Assembly: GCA_050953065.1 (NCBI GenBank)
Contig: JBMNLZ010000003.1
Span: 160,001 to 224,000 of the forward strand
Direction of reading: 5' to 3'
Origin: Bacilli bacterium
Lineage (GTDB): Bacteria; Bacillota_I; Bacilli_A; ML615J-28; CAG-698
DNA: 64,000 nt
In this document: one piece after another, positions 48,739-56,564 of the stretch
How the letters are laid out: each line of letters begins with the position of its first letter
Position numbering within the stretch: the stretch's first letter is position 1
Translations under genes and position numbers: made by a program
Notes under the pieces: model-generated
The model's database searches: none
The model's input: only the letters and a program-made list of their open reading frames with translations
Told to the model about the DNA's origin: nothing

Positions 48739-49632
48739 TTATTCTTCTTTTACAATACTAGAAATTTTTTCAATTGCTTCTTTAGCCTCAGGAATTGGAT
48801 AAGCAGGAAAAACATGCATCATTTTAGGGTAAATGTAAAACTTAGCTTTTACATTTTGTTTTTCTAATTTATTTTGAAAAAGTTCTACATCAGGATAAAA
48901 AATTTCGTGAGTTCCTGCAAAAATATAAATATCAGCCACCCCTTCATAACTTCCATTAATTGGACTTAAAAGATAATGAGAATAATCTCCTACCTTAACC
49001 CAAGATGAAATCATTTTTTTAATGCCTTTAACTGCTAGAACCGGATCTTTTTTTTCATAATCTTTAATTTTAGGGTTCGACAAAGTAATATCTGGACAAG
49101 GTGACATTCCAATTATTTTAGAAGGCTGTTCTAATCCTAAATCTTTTAATAACAACCCTAAAACTAGCGAGAGGTTTGCTCCGGCTGAATCTCCCATTAA
49201 AATAATATCGCTTGCTCTATGAGAAACAATTAATAACTTATAAATATTTAAAATCTTCTCATATGTTTGTTTATAATTATATGTTGGTCCTAATGGATAA
49301 AGCGGTGCAATAATTGTAGCGTCAGTTTGATCAAAAACATGTCTTAAAAATCTCCAATGAAAAAAAATCGGTTTGGCAACAAACGCCCCTCCATGAAAAT
49401 ACAAAATCACTTTTTTACTTTTTCCCTTAATAGTAAAAGTTTCAACATCATCTACTATTACTTTTTCAGCTAAAGTTTTATAAACTAAAGGTAATTTATA
49501 AGGTTCTTTATTTTTTTCTTCTTTATTTTTTAAATAAAAATCAGATATTTTATCACTTTCAAAAATCTTCTTTGCTTTAACAGCCCGTAAAGATTTCTTA
49601 ATGATGGTACTGGAAAGACTTTGTTTTTTCAT
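48739..49632 (-). CDS. HSL-family alpha/beta hydrolase (esterase)
   Basis: HGGAF oxyanion motif, GDSAG nucleophile, GTHE, MMHVF. Confidence 0.92.
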   Translation of the reverse strand: MKKQSLSSTIIKKSLRAVKAKKIFESDKISDFYLKNKEEKNKEPYKLPLVYKTLAEKVIVDDVETFTIKGKSKKVILYFHGGAFVAKPIFFHWRFLRHVFDQTDATIIAPLYPLGPTYNYKQTYEKILNIYKLLIVSHRASDIILMGDSAGANLSLVLGLLLKDLGLEQPSKIIGMSPCPDITLSNPKIKDYEKKDPVLAVKGIKKMISSWVKVGDYSHYLLSPINGSYEGVADIYIFAGTHEIFYPDVELFQNKLEKQNVKAKFYIYPKMMHVFPAYPIPEAKEAIEKISSIVKEE

Positions 49633-49641
49633 TTCTTACAC

Positions 49642-50709
49642 CTATTTATAATAACTACCTACTACCTTAATAATTTTAACTTTATTTTTTAAAGTATCTT
49701 TTAAATCATCTAGAGTTTTATTATTAATACTACCTCTTAATTCAACATAAAAATAATAACCCCATTCTTTATCTTTAGTAGGACGTGAAATTATTTTATC
49801 CATACTAAAACCTAATTTAGCAATTTCTTGAATAATTGAAGCTAAGGCTCCTACCTTATCTTCGGTTGTAAAAATCACACTATAACAATTTCCATCTTTC
49901 GGTAATTCTTTTGAAATTACAATAAACCTAGTTTTATTTTTATCAGATGTATTTATTTTCTCACAAATTACGTCTAAATCATACAGCATTGCTGTGTCAA
50001 TTGAGGCAATTGCAGCTTTTGTTTTATCTTTAGCCTCACTTACATGCTTAGCAGCTAGTGCCGTATTTGGATATTCAATTACTTTAAAATCTCTTGCTTT
50101 TAAAAAGATTTGGCTTTGCAAGATAGCTTGAGGATGAGAATAAACTTCTAAAATATCTGTTATTTTAGTACCTTTTATCCCAACTAGATTTTGATCAATA
50201 TGTAAATCATAAATTTGAGTAATATATAAATTATATTTAAAAAGTAAATCTAAAACTTCAGTAATTTCACCAGTAAAAGTATTTTCAATTGGCAATACTC
50301 CAAAGTCAACCTTTTTAGATTCCACTGCTAAAAAGACTTCTTCAAAAGTATCATAAGAATTTAATTTAGAATGCTTGAATAATTCTTTTGAAGCTAAATA
50401 AGAAAATGCTCCTTTTACTCCTTGATAAGCAATTAATCTTTGGTCCAGTAAATCTCTTTGGTATTCTTTTGAAGTATTCATTAAATCTATTAAAAACTTT
50501 TTATAATAATTCAAAAATTCAGTTTCTTTTATATAAACAGAATTCTTTTCTAATAAAGCTTCTTCTCTTTTAGAATCACAAATTTCTAAATTATTTTTAC
50601 TTTTATATAAAGCAATTTCTTTAACTATTTTCATTCTATCTTCAAATAGTTTAGCAATTTCTTTATCAAGTGCTTCAATTTTTTCTCTTAAAATTAATAT
50701 TTTATCCAT
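49642..50709 (-). CDS. pheA: Chorismate mutase / prephenate dehydratase
   Basis: N-terminal AroQ (LR..I...D..I..L...RM), AYQG..GAFS, VLPIENT, SHPQA, NKTRF, C-terminal ACT. Confidence 0.92.
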   Translation of the reverse strand: MDKILILREKIEALDKEIAKLFEDRMKIVKEIALYKSKNNLEICDSKREEALLEKNSVYIKETEFLNYYKKFLIDLMNTSKEYQRDLLDQRLIAYQGVKGAFSYLASKELFKHSKLNSYDTFEEVFLAVESKKVDFGVLPIENTFTGEITEVLDLLFKYNLYITQIYDLHIDQNLVGIKGTKITDILEVYSHPQAILQSQIFLKARDFKVIEYPNTALAAKHVSEAKDKTKAAIASIDTAMLYDLDVICEKINTSDKNKTRFIVISKELPKDGNCYSVIFTTEDKVGALASIIQEIAKLGFSMDKIISRPTKDKEWGYYFYVELRGSINNKTLDDLKDTLKNKVKIIKVVGSYYK

Positions 50710-50855
50710 ATAAACCCCATAAAAATAATACTTATTATAATTGTATCATAATTTATTTTAATAGTAAATATTTATAATCTTCATAAATTACTTGCTTTTC
50801 AATTATTTTTTTATTAAAATATTTACTAATATCTCAAAAGAAAGGGTGAAAAAAT

Positions 50856-51872
50856 ATGATTATAACAATAAAAAGTGATACTCCTAAAAAAGAATTAGAT
50901 GATTTCATAAAAAGTTTAGAAAAACAAAATCTAAAAGTTTTTGATATTGTTGGAACTCAAAAGAAAGTATTAGGCTTAGTAGGCGATACTTCTGCTATTG
51001 ATGAAAGAGAGTTCTTTGTTTTTCCATGGGTTGAAGATGTTAATAGGATTTCAGCTCCTTATAAAAAGGCTAATCGCCAATTTCATCCTCAAGATACAAT
51101 CATTGATGTTAATGGCATCAAAATTGGCGGAGGTGAAAAAATAGTGATTATTGCAGGACCATGCTCTGTTGAAAGCGAAGAACAAATTTTCGAAATAGCT
51201 GAAGGAATTAAACAAGCTGGTGCTGTAATGTTAAGGGGTGGAGCATATAAGCCAAGAACTTCTCCTTATGTATTTCAAGGTCTAAAAACTCAAGGTTTAG
51301 AAATTCTCTCAAAAGCTAAAGCTAAATATAATTTACCAATCGTTTCAGAAATCATGTCTAGTGATAAACTTCCAGAATTCTTAGCTCAAGTTGATATTAT
51401 TCAAGTTGGTGCTAGAAACATGCAAAACTTTGAATTGCTTCGAGATTTAGGAAAAATAAATAAGCCTATTTTATTAAAAAGAGGCTTATCTAATACAGTT
51501 GAAGAATGGTTAATGAGTGCTGAATATATAATGTCTGAGGGAAACGATCAAGTTATTCTTTGTGAGAGAGGCATTAGAACCTTTGAAAGAGCTACTAGAA
51601 ACACACTTGATTTATCAGTAATTCCTTTACTTAAAAAAATTACCCACCTACCTATCGTAATTGATCCATCACATGCTACAGGACACTGGGAATTAGTTGA
51701 ATCTATGGCGCTAGCTGCAATTGCTGCAGGATGCGATGGACTTTTAATTGAGGTTCACAATAATCCTCAAAAAGCCTTATCAGATGGAACTCAATCTTTA
51801 AAAATTAAAAAATTTGCTCAACTTATGGAAAAAGGAAAAGCAATTGCTAAAGTTATAGGAAGAGATATTTAA
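50856..51872 (+). CDS. aroF: DAHP synthase type I-beta with N-terminal ACT-like domain
   Basis: IAGPCSVE, RGGAYKPRTSPY, GARNMQNF, LLKRG, LCERGIR, DPSHATG. Confidence 0.95.
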   Translation: MIITIKSDTPKKELDDFIKSLEKQNLKVFDIVGTQKKVLGLVGDTSAIDEREFFVFPWVEDVNRISAPYKKANRQFHPQDTIIDVNGIKIGGGEKIVIIAGPCSVESEEQIFEIAEGIKQAGAVMLRGGAYKPRTSPYVFQGLKTQGLEILSKAKAKYNLPIVSEIMSSDKLPEFLAQVDIIQVGARNMQNFELLRDLGKINKPILLKRGLSNTVEEWLMSAEYIMSEGNDQVILCERGIRTFERATRNTLDLSVIPLLKKITHLPIVIDPSHATGHWELVESMALAAIAAGCDGLLIEVHNNPQKALSDGTQSLKIKKFAQLMEKGKAIAKVIGRDI

Positions 51873-51883
51873 AAAAGCCTTAA

Positions 51884-51932
51884 TGTACTGAGCCCCTTTC
51901 TCTGGTTATTCCAGATTTAGGGGCTCGCATCA
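51884..51932. mobile_element. 49-bp IS3/IS150-like miniature element or IS scar inside a terminator loop
   Basis: TG...CA termini, 22-bp imperfect IRs (15/22), flanking TAA direct repeats; removal restores aaaaaagccttaaagggctttttt. Confidence 0.65.
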
Positions 51933-51945
51933 TAAAGGGCTTTTT

Positions 51946-53082
51946 TTAATTTATTAATAACTGAAAAATAATTAGAATTCCTAAAAATAAAAAGTTTATT
52001 AAAGAAAATAGTCCTAAATATTGCCAAGCTTTTTTAGGTTCTTCTTTTCTATATTGACTAAAAGTAATTAAACTAGCCAGCGATGCAACAATTGTTCCAA
52101 TCCCACCAATATTAACAGCAACTAATAAATTTGGATAATCTAAAGTAAACTTACTAAATAAAATTGCAGTTGGGACATTACTAATAAACTGACATGTCAG
52201 AACACTTACTATTAAAGTATTATGAGAAATAAGGTTAGAAAAAAATGTGCTTATACTTTCAATTCTAGATAGGTTTCCAGTAAAGATAAAGAAAAATAAA
52301 AATGTAAATAATAAACCATAATCCACTTTCATAAAGGCTTTATAATCAACTATTAACATTCCAACAACAACTACTGCTAAAGCATAATAAAATGGTACAA
52401 CTTTAAAAATTAGTAAAACCGCTGCAACAAACAATAAACTTAAAAAAACAGTTTTAACTTTTGGCAAATTATACTCTTGATTATCAATTAAAACTAACTC
52501 TTCTTTTTTAACAAACATAATACAAATAAGTATTAACAAAAATGATAGTAAAAATGGTGGCCCCATTATTTTAATAAACTCTAATGTGTTAATATTAAAA
52601 TATGAAAACAAATATATATTTTGAGGATTTCCAAAAGGAGTTACCATTCCACCTAAATTAGCAGCAATATTTTGCATGATAAAGGTAAATGCTAGATATT
52701 TTTTTTTACCAGTTGCTCTCATTATAAAAATACCTAAAGGTAAAAAAGTAATTAAAGCCATATCATTTGCTAGAATCATTGAACCGATATATGTCGTAAA
52801 AACTAGTGCTAAAATAACATTTCTAGTGTTTTTGAATTTCAAAACAATTGCTCTTGAAATCTTTTCAAAAAAATGGATATTATTAAATCCACATATTACA
52901 AGTAAAGTTGAAAACAAACAAGCAAGAGTTGGTAAATCTAAATAATTTAAATACTCTTTATCAATAGGAACAAAAAAAGCAGTGATAATACTAGCAAGTA
53001 AAGCTATCATCATTACTATATTTTGTTTTTCAAAATTCCAAATGCTATAAAGTATTTTTTTCAAGTTTTTAATCCTTTCCAT
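51946..53082 (-). CDS. SLC13/ArsB-NhaD (CitMHS, YbiR-like) anion permease
   Basis: NDMALITFLP, AANLGGM.TPFGNPQN, SNVPT, NIGG.GT..ASLA.L. Confidence 0.85.
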   Translation of the reverse strand: MERIKNLKKILYSIWNFEKQNIVMMIALLASIITAFFVPIDKEYLNYLDLPTLACLFSTLLVICGFNNIHFFEKISRAIVLKFKNTRNVILALVFTTYIGSMILANDMALITFLPLGIFIMRATGKKKYLAFTFIMQNIAANLGGMVTPFGNPQNIYLFSYFNINTLEFIKIMGPPFLLSFLLILICIMFVKKEELVLIDNQEYNLPKVKTVFLSLLFVAAVLLIFKVVPFYYALAVVVVGMLIVDYKAFMKVDYGLLFTFLFFFIFTGNLSRIESISTFFSNLISHNTLIVSVLTCQFISNVPTAILFSKFTLDYPNLLVAVNIGGIGTIVASLASLITFSQYRKEEPKKAWQYLGLFSLINFLFLGILIIFQLLIN

Positions 53083-53119
53083 ATTAAAAGGATTCTTAAT
53101 TTAGAATCCTAAAATTATC

Positions 53120-53698
53120 TTACTGATATTTAGCTTTTATTTCTTCTGCTTGATAACACAAGTCCATTATTCTATCTTCAATTTCTTGCAATTCAAAATT
53201 CTTGCGCATATCGCCTTCAAAGCTACCGCTTGGAATGCTTCTTTTCATAAAAATAGAAGCCATCCAGAAAAAGAAAATAGTTAAAATTACAAACAAACCA
53301 AAAACTATATAAAGTGGGGTATTATTTTTGCTGATTGCAGCACCAATCATCACAATTGAAAATAACAAAGAAAAGACCCCTAATAATACTAAAATGATAA
53401 AGAAAAACACTTTTGCAAAAAGCATTTTTTTCTTTTCCTGATTTTTCCTTAATCCTTGATGAATTATTACTCTTCTTTCATCTAAACAATCTTCAATCTT
53501 TCTTTCTATTTTAACAAGTTCATCATAATAAGGAGTATCTTGGTCTCGTCTAAATTTTAAAACAATTACCATTATGCCAGTATCTCTTATATCTTTACTA
53601 ATAAGTTCCCAGCCAATGGATCTTTGTCTTTGAATTCGTTGTTCAATAGAACTTTTTTCAGCATAAGCTAGTTCCATTTTTTTAATTTCATAACCCAT
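53120..53698 (-). CDS. Hypothetical 2-TM membrane protein
   Basis: N-terminal GWELIS...FRR segment, coiled coil, two TMs; SD aggaa; own promoter and terminator. Confidence 0.75.
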   Translation of the reverse strand: MGYEIKKMELAYAEKSSIEQRIQRQRSIGWELISKDIRDTGIMVIVLKFRRDQDTPYYDELVKIERKIEDCLDERRVIIHQGLRKNQEKKKMLFAKVFFFIILVLLGVFSLLFSIVMIGAAISKNNTPLYIVFGLFVILTIFFFWMASIFMKRSIPSGSFEGDMRKNFELQEIEDRIMDLCYQAEEIKAKYQ

Positions 53699-53901
53699 TC
53701 TTTTTCCTCTACATCTACTTCATATATTATCAATTTTTATTATTTAAGTCAATTCAATTTAATACTATATTAAGATTTGATTTATAAAAAAAATCTTTTT
53801 AGTAAATTATGATTTAGTAAATCGTGATTGACTTAATATTAAATTAACATTAAATAGTTGAATAAATTTTATTTAAAATATATACTTTTAGACAATCAAA
53901 A

Positions 53902-53927
53902 AAGTCCAATATAATTACATTGGACTT
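53902..53927 (-). terminator. Terminator after hip module
   Basis: aagtccaat-N8-attggactt with T-run on minus strand. Confidence 0.65.
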
Positions 53928-53978
53928 AACATATAATTAAACATGATTTGAATTTAGTATACAAAATATCATATTAAT

Positions 53979-54929
53979 TTAACTCTTTAATCTAGAACAT
54001 CTTTTTTCAATCAATTCAAACAAAGATTTTTTTAAATGAGTTGGTAAATATGATTCCATGCACATTAACTGAAGCATATCTTTTTTAGCTACTAAATGAG
54101 TTATCATTTTTTGAGCTACATCTTTGTTAATACCTATATTCTCGGCAAATAAAAAGAAATCTTTCTTTTGAATATTCTTTTTTTTACCATTCATAGCTAA
54201 AGCAAAATCTTCTTCATCTTCTGGCATATTTACTTTTACAGGCAAAAGATCATAGGCTGCAGATAACACATACTGCATACTTCCTGCACTTGTTTCAATT
54301 AGTGAGAAATTCTTAAAATGCATATCTGAATTTCCAATAATATAAGAAAAAATAATGCGTATAAACAACTCAGTCAAATCAAGTTTGTTTCTTTCAGAAA
54401 ATTTATCAATGATTTTTCCACACTGTTCATAAGAACCATGATATTTATCCTGTGTTAATCTAGAACCTAGTTGACAAAAATCTTCCATAGCAAGTTTTTC
54501 CACATGGTCTTTATAAAAAATGCGGTCAATTCTTTTCGTTATATATGAATAAGTATTTCCATTTTTAATCAAAGCATGTGGAACGGTTGCAATGCCAACA
54601 GCCTCTGCCATACACATCACAAGATGTTCAGATTCTGGTAATGCTTCAAATTGTTTTACCTGAGGCTTTAAAATATATCCTGTAGGGTAGTTTACAAGTG
54701 TAAGTCTTGGCGCCTTACCATCAAACGATAAATGCAATGACAATTTCTTTTGAACACCAGGAACTGTATATCCCTTTCTAGTGCTTTCAGTAGCAAGCAT
54801 CTCCAATGTACTATCGCTCAGCTCTATTTGAGGCATCGTTATAGTTCCAAAAAATTTTCTAATACAACTATTATGCCAACCTAATTCGTTTTTCATTTTT
54901 AAAGGTTTCCCACAACACAAGCACTTCAT
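53979..54929 (-). CDS. hipA: HipA C-terminal kinase toxin (HipT-like)
   Basis: CLCC N-terminus, TVPGVQKKLS Gly loop, YILKP, KRIDR, MEDFCQL, GNSDMHFKNFS, AYDLL. Confidence 0.9.
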   Translation of the reverse strand: MKCLCCGKPLKMKNELGWHNSCIRKFFGTITMPQIELSDSTLEMLATESTRKGYTVPGVQKKLSLHLSFDGKAPRLTLVNYPTGYILKPQVKQFEALPESEHLVMCMAEAVGIATVPHALIKNGNTYSYITKRIDRIFYKDHVEKLAMEDFCQLGSRLTQDKYHGSYEQCGKIIDKFSERNKLDLTELFIRIIFSYIIGNSDMHFKNFSLIETSAGSMQYVLSAAYDLLPVKVNMPEDEEDFALAMNGKKKNIQKKDFFLFAENIGINKDVAQKMITHLVAKKDMLQLMCMESYLPTHLKKSLFELIEKRCSRLKS

Positions 54930-55258
54930 ACGTACTTCTCCTTAATACTGACATTTCCTATTGGGTCTTTACATGCAACAAGTAATATAGCAAATCGATC
55001 GTTTTTAGAAATCTTCCAATTTCTACTGACAACATTCAAAAGCCATCCTTCTGGAATTAATCCATCAAAAAATGAAAATAGTGTTCTTGAAGTAAAACTT
55101 TCGTTTTGAACAGGTAAGGTTAGTGATACTGGTACTGCATTTTCTTTTTTGATATAATCTAAATCATAAGAAAAAGAGTATCCTTCATCGTTTTCTTCAA
55201 GAATACCCGCAAAACAATCACGAATGTATACATATGCTTTTCTAAAAACACTCATCAT
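54926..55258 (-). CDS. HipA N-terminal-domain protein (HipS-like antitoxin)
   Basis: AG.LEE...GY.F.Y, PVSLTLP, FFDGLIPEGWLL, D.IGNVS. Confidence 0.9.
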   Translation of the reverse strand: MMSVFRKAYVYIRDCFAGILEENDEGYSFSYDLDYIKKENAVPVSLTLPVQNESFTSRTLFSFFDGLIPEGWLLNVVSRNWKISKNDRFAILLVACKDPIGNVSIKEKYV

Positions 55259-55458
55259 TATTTCTCCTTCTTACCAGGTACAACTTCCATCCCAAACATA
55301 GAAAGTGCAACATTAACTTTATCTAAACGCACAGTTTGCTTTCCTTGCTCTAGTTCTCTTATAAAACGAAGCCCAAGACCTGAGCGAATAGCAAACTGCT
55401 CTTGTGTTAACCCTGCTGCTTTACGTTCTTTTTTTATATATTCAGCTATCTTGTTCAT
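55258..55458 (-). CDS. XRE/y4mF-type HTH regulator (HipB-like)
   Basis: RK..GLTQ..FA..SG.GLRFIRELEQGK.TVRLDKVN; start MNKIAE after SD aagggg. Confidence 0.9.
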   Translation of the reverse strand: MNKIAEYIKKERKAAGLTQEQFAIRSGLGLRFIRELEQGKQTVRLDKVNVALSMFGMEVVPGKKEK

Positions 55459-55488
55459 ACAATGCCCCCTTATAATTGATTCAATCAT

Positions 55489-55593
55489 ATATTACACCCT
55501 TTCGGGATGAATGTCAAATATTTTTTTGCAAAAATAACCCCTTCAGGGTATAATATATAAGTTTTATATATTTTTTATACCCGAACGGTAGTA
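55489..55593 (-). promoter_or_regulatory. hip promoter with three palindromic operators
   Basis: TTGACA-17 bp-TAATAT; imperfect TATACCC-N4-GGGTATA sites at 55493-55510, 55535-55552 and 55576-55593. Confidence 0.75.
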
Positions 55594-55692
55594 ATTTTAT
55601 ATAAACAATCCCCAATATTTAGTTATTATTGCTTGGTCTTCTAAATAACTTTCAATATAAACATTTTCGCTAATCAAAAATTAATTAAAAAA

Positions 55693-55718
55693 AAGTCTGA
55701 TAACATAATATCAGACTT
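55693..55718 (-). terminator. Terminator after tRNA pair
   Basis: aagtctgata-N6-tatcagactt then long T-run on minus strand. Confidence 0.8.
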
Positions 55719-55732
55719 ACTCAACTATTAAA

Positions 55733-55809
55733 TGGGGCGACTGATGGGGATCGAACCCACGAATGCCGGAGCCACAATCCGGAGCGTTAACCACTTCGCC
55801 ACAATCGCC
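55733..55809 (-). tRNA. tRNA-His (anticodon GTG)
   Basis: G-1 present, anticodon arm CCGGA-TTGTGGC-TCCGG, GGTTCGATCCCC, C discriminator plus CCA. Confidence 0.97.
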
Positions 55810-55814
55810 ACAAA

Positions 55815-55888
55815 TGGCAGGGGTAGTAGGATTCGAACCCACATTGACGGTTTTGGAGACCGCTATACTACCATTGTATGATACCCCT
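55815..55888 (-). tRNA. tRNA-Trp (anticodon CCA)
   Basis: AGGGGTA/TACCCCT acceptor stem, GCGGT-CTCCAAA-ACCGT, GGTTCGAATCC, G discriminator plus CCA. Confidence 0.97.
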
Positions 55889-56005
55889 ACACACTGCTTA
55901 ACCATTATACTAAATTTTCTCTAGATTTGCAAGAAGTTATTGGCTTTTTTAAATATTTGTGATATAATGTAAAATGTTTAAATCTATATTATAAGGAGTT
56001 AAAAA

Positions 56006-56524
56006 ATGATTGAAGAAAAAATTTATGTAGCCTTAGATCCAAATGCAGATAAAGAATACTACGAACAAATCAAACTTTGGACTAATAAAACAGGCAACAC
56101 TTATAACTTAATTGACGGAATTGAATTTGCGAGCAAAGTAAACAAAGTTGATGACGAAGTTATAAAACCTAAAATTAAAGAAAGAGTTAAAGAAGCAAAA
56201 GCAGTTATTCTATTAATGGGCCCTACAACAAAGAGTATGAGAAAATTTGTTCGCTGGCAAATAGAGGCTGCTTGTAATAATCAAATGCCACTAATCGTTA
56301 TTAATACAAATGGCATCAGATCAATTGATTTTGCAAGATGTCCTACTTATCTAAAAAAACAAATTTCCATTCATATTCCTTTTCACCCAGACATTTTAGA
56401 ATTTGCTTTAAAAGATTGGCCCAAACAAAACGCTATTGCAATTGAAAAAGAAGATATAGGTACCTTTGTTTATGATCATGAAATTTATGAAAAACTAAAT
56501 ATTTCTACAGTTGATTGTATTTAA
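56006..56524 (+). CDS. Thoeris ThsB-like (DUF1863) TIR-domain protein, catalytic Glu replaced by Gln
   Basis: KIYVA.D...D..YY...W, IK..I.ER...K..ILL.G..TK...KFVRWQIE.A, P.IVIN.NG.R..D..RCP, W......G...Y....YE.L. Confidence 0.8.
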   Translation: MIEEKIYVALDPNADKEYYEQIKLWTNKTGNTYNLIDGIEFASKVNKVDDEVIKPKIKERVKEAKAVILLMGPTTKSMRKFVRWQIEAACNNQMPLIVINTNGIRSIDFARCPTYLKKQISIHIPFHPDILEFALKDWPKQNAIAIEKEDIGTFVYDHEIYEKLNISTVDCI

Positions 56525-56530
56525 AAATAA

Positions 56531-56559
56531 AAATCTCAAAAGAAATCCTTTTGAGATTT
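56531..56559. terminator. Bidirectional terminator
   Basis: aaatctcaaaag-N5-cttttgagattt flanked by A and T runs. Confidence 0.75.
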
Positions 56560-56564
56560 ATTTT

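Noticed and set aside
53700-53978. AT-rich spacer with a 15-bp tandem (tttagtaaat.[ag]tga x2) as oriC, dif or att site
   Set aside because: No DnaA boxes, no match to the dif consensus, no tRNA 3' duplication; such repeats arise easily at this AT content.
55717-55905. 62-aa ORF in the track
   Set aside because: It is a translation across tRNA-Trp and tRNA-His.
53979-56524. Prophage or integrative element at the tRNA pair
   Set aside because: No integrase, phage gene or direct repeat seen; only TA and TIR cargo.
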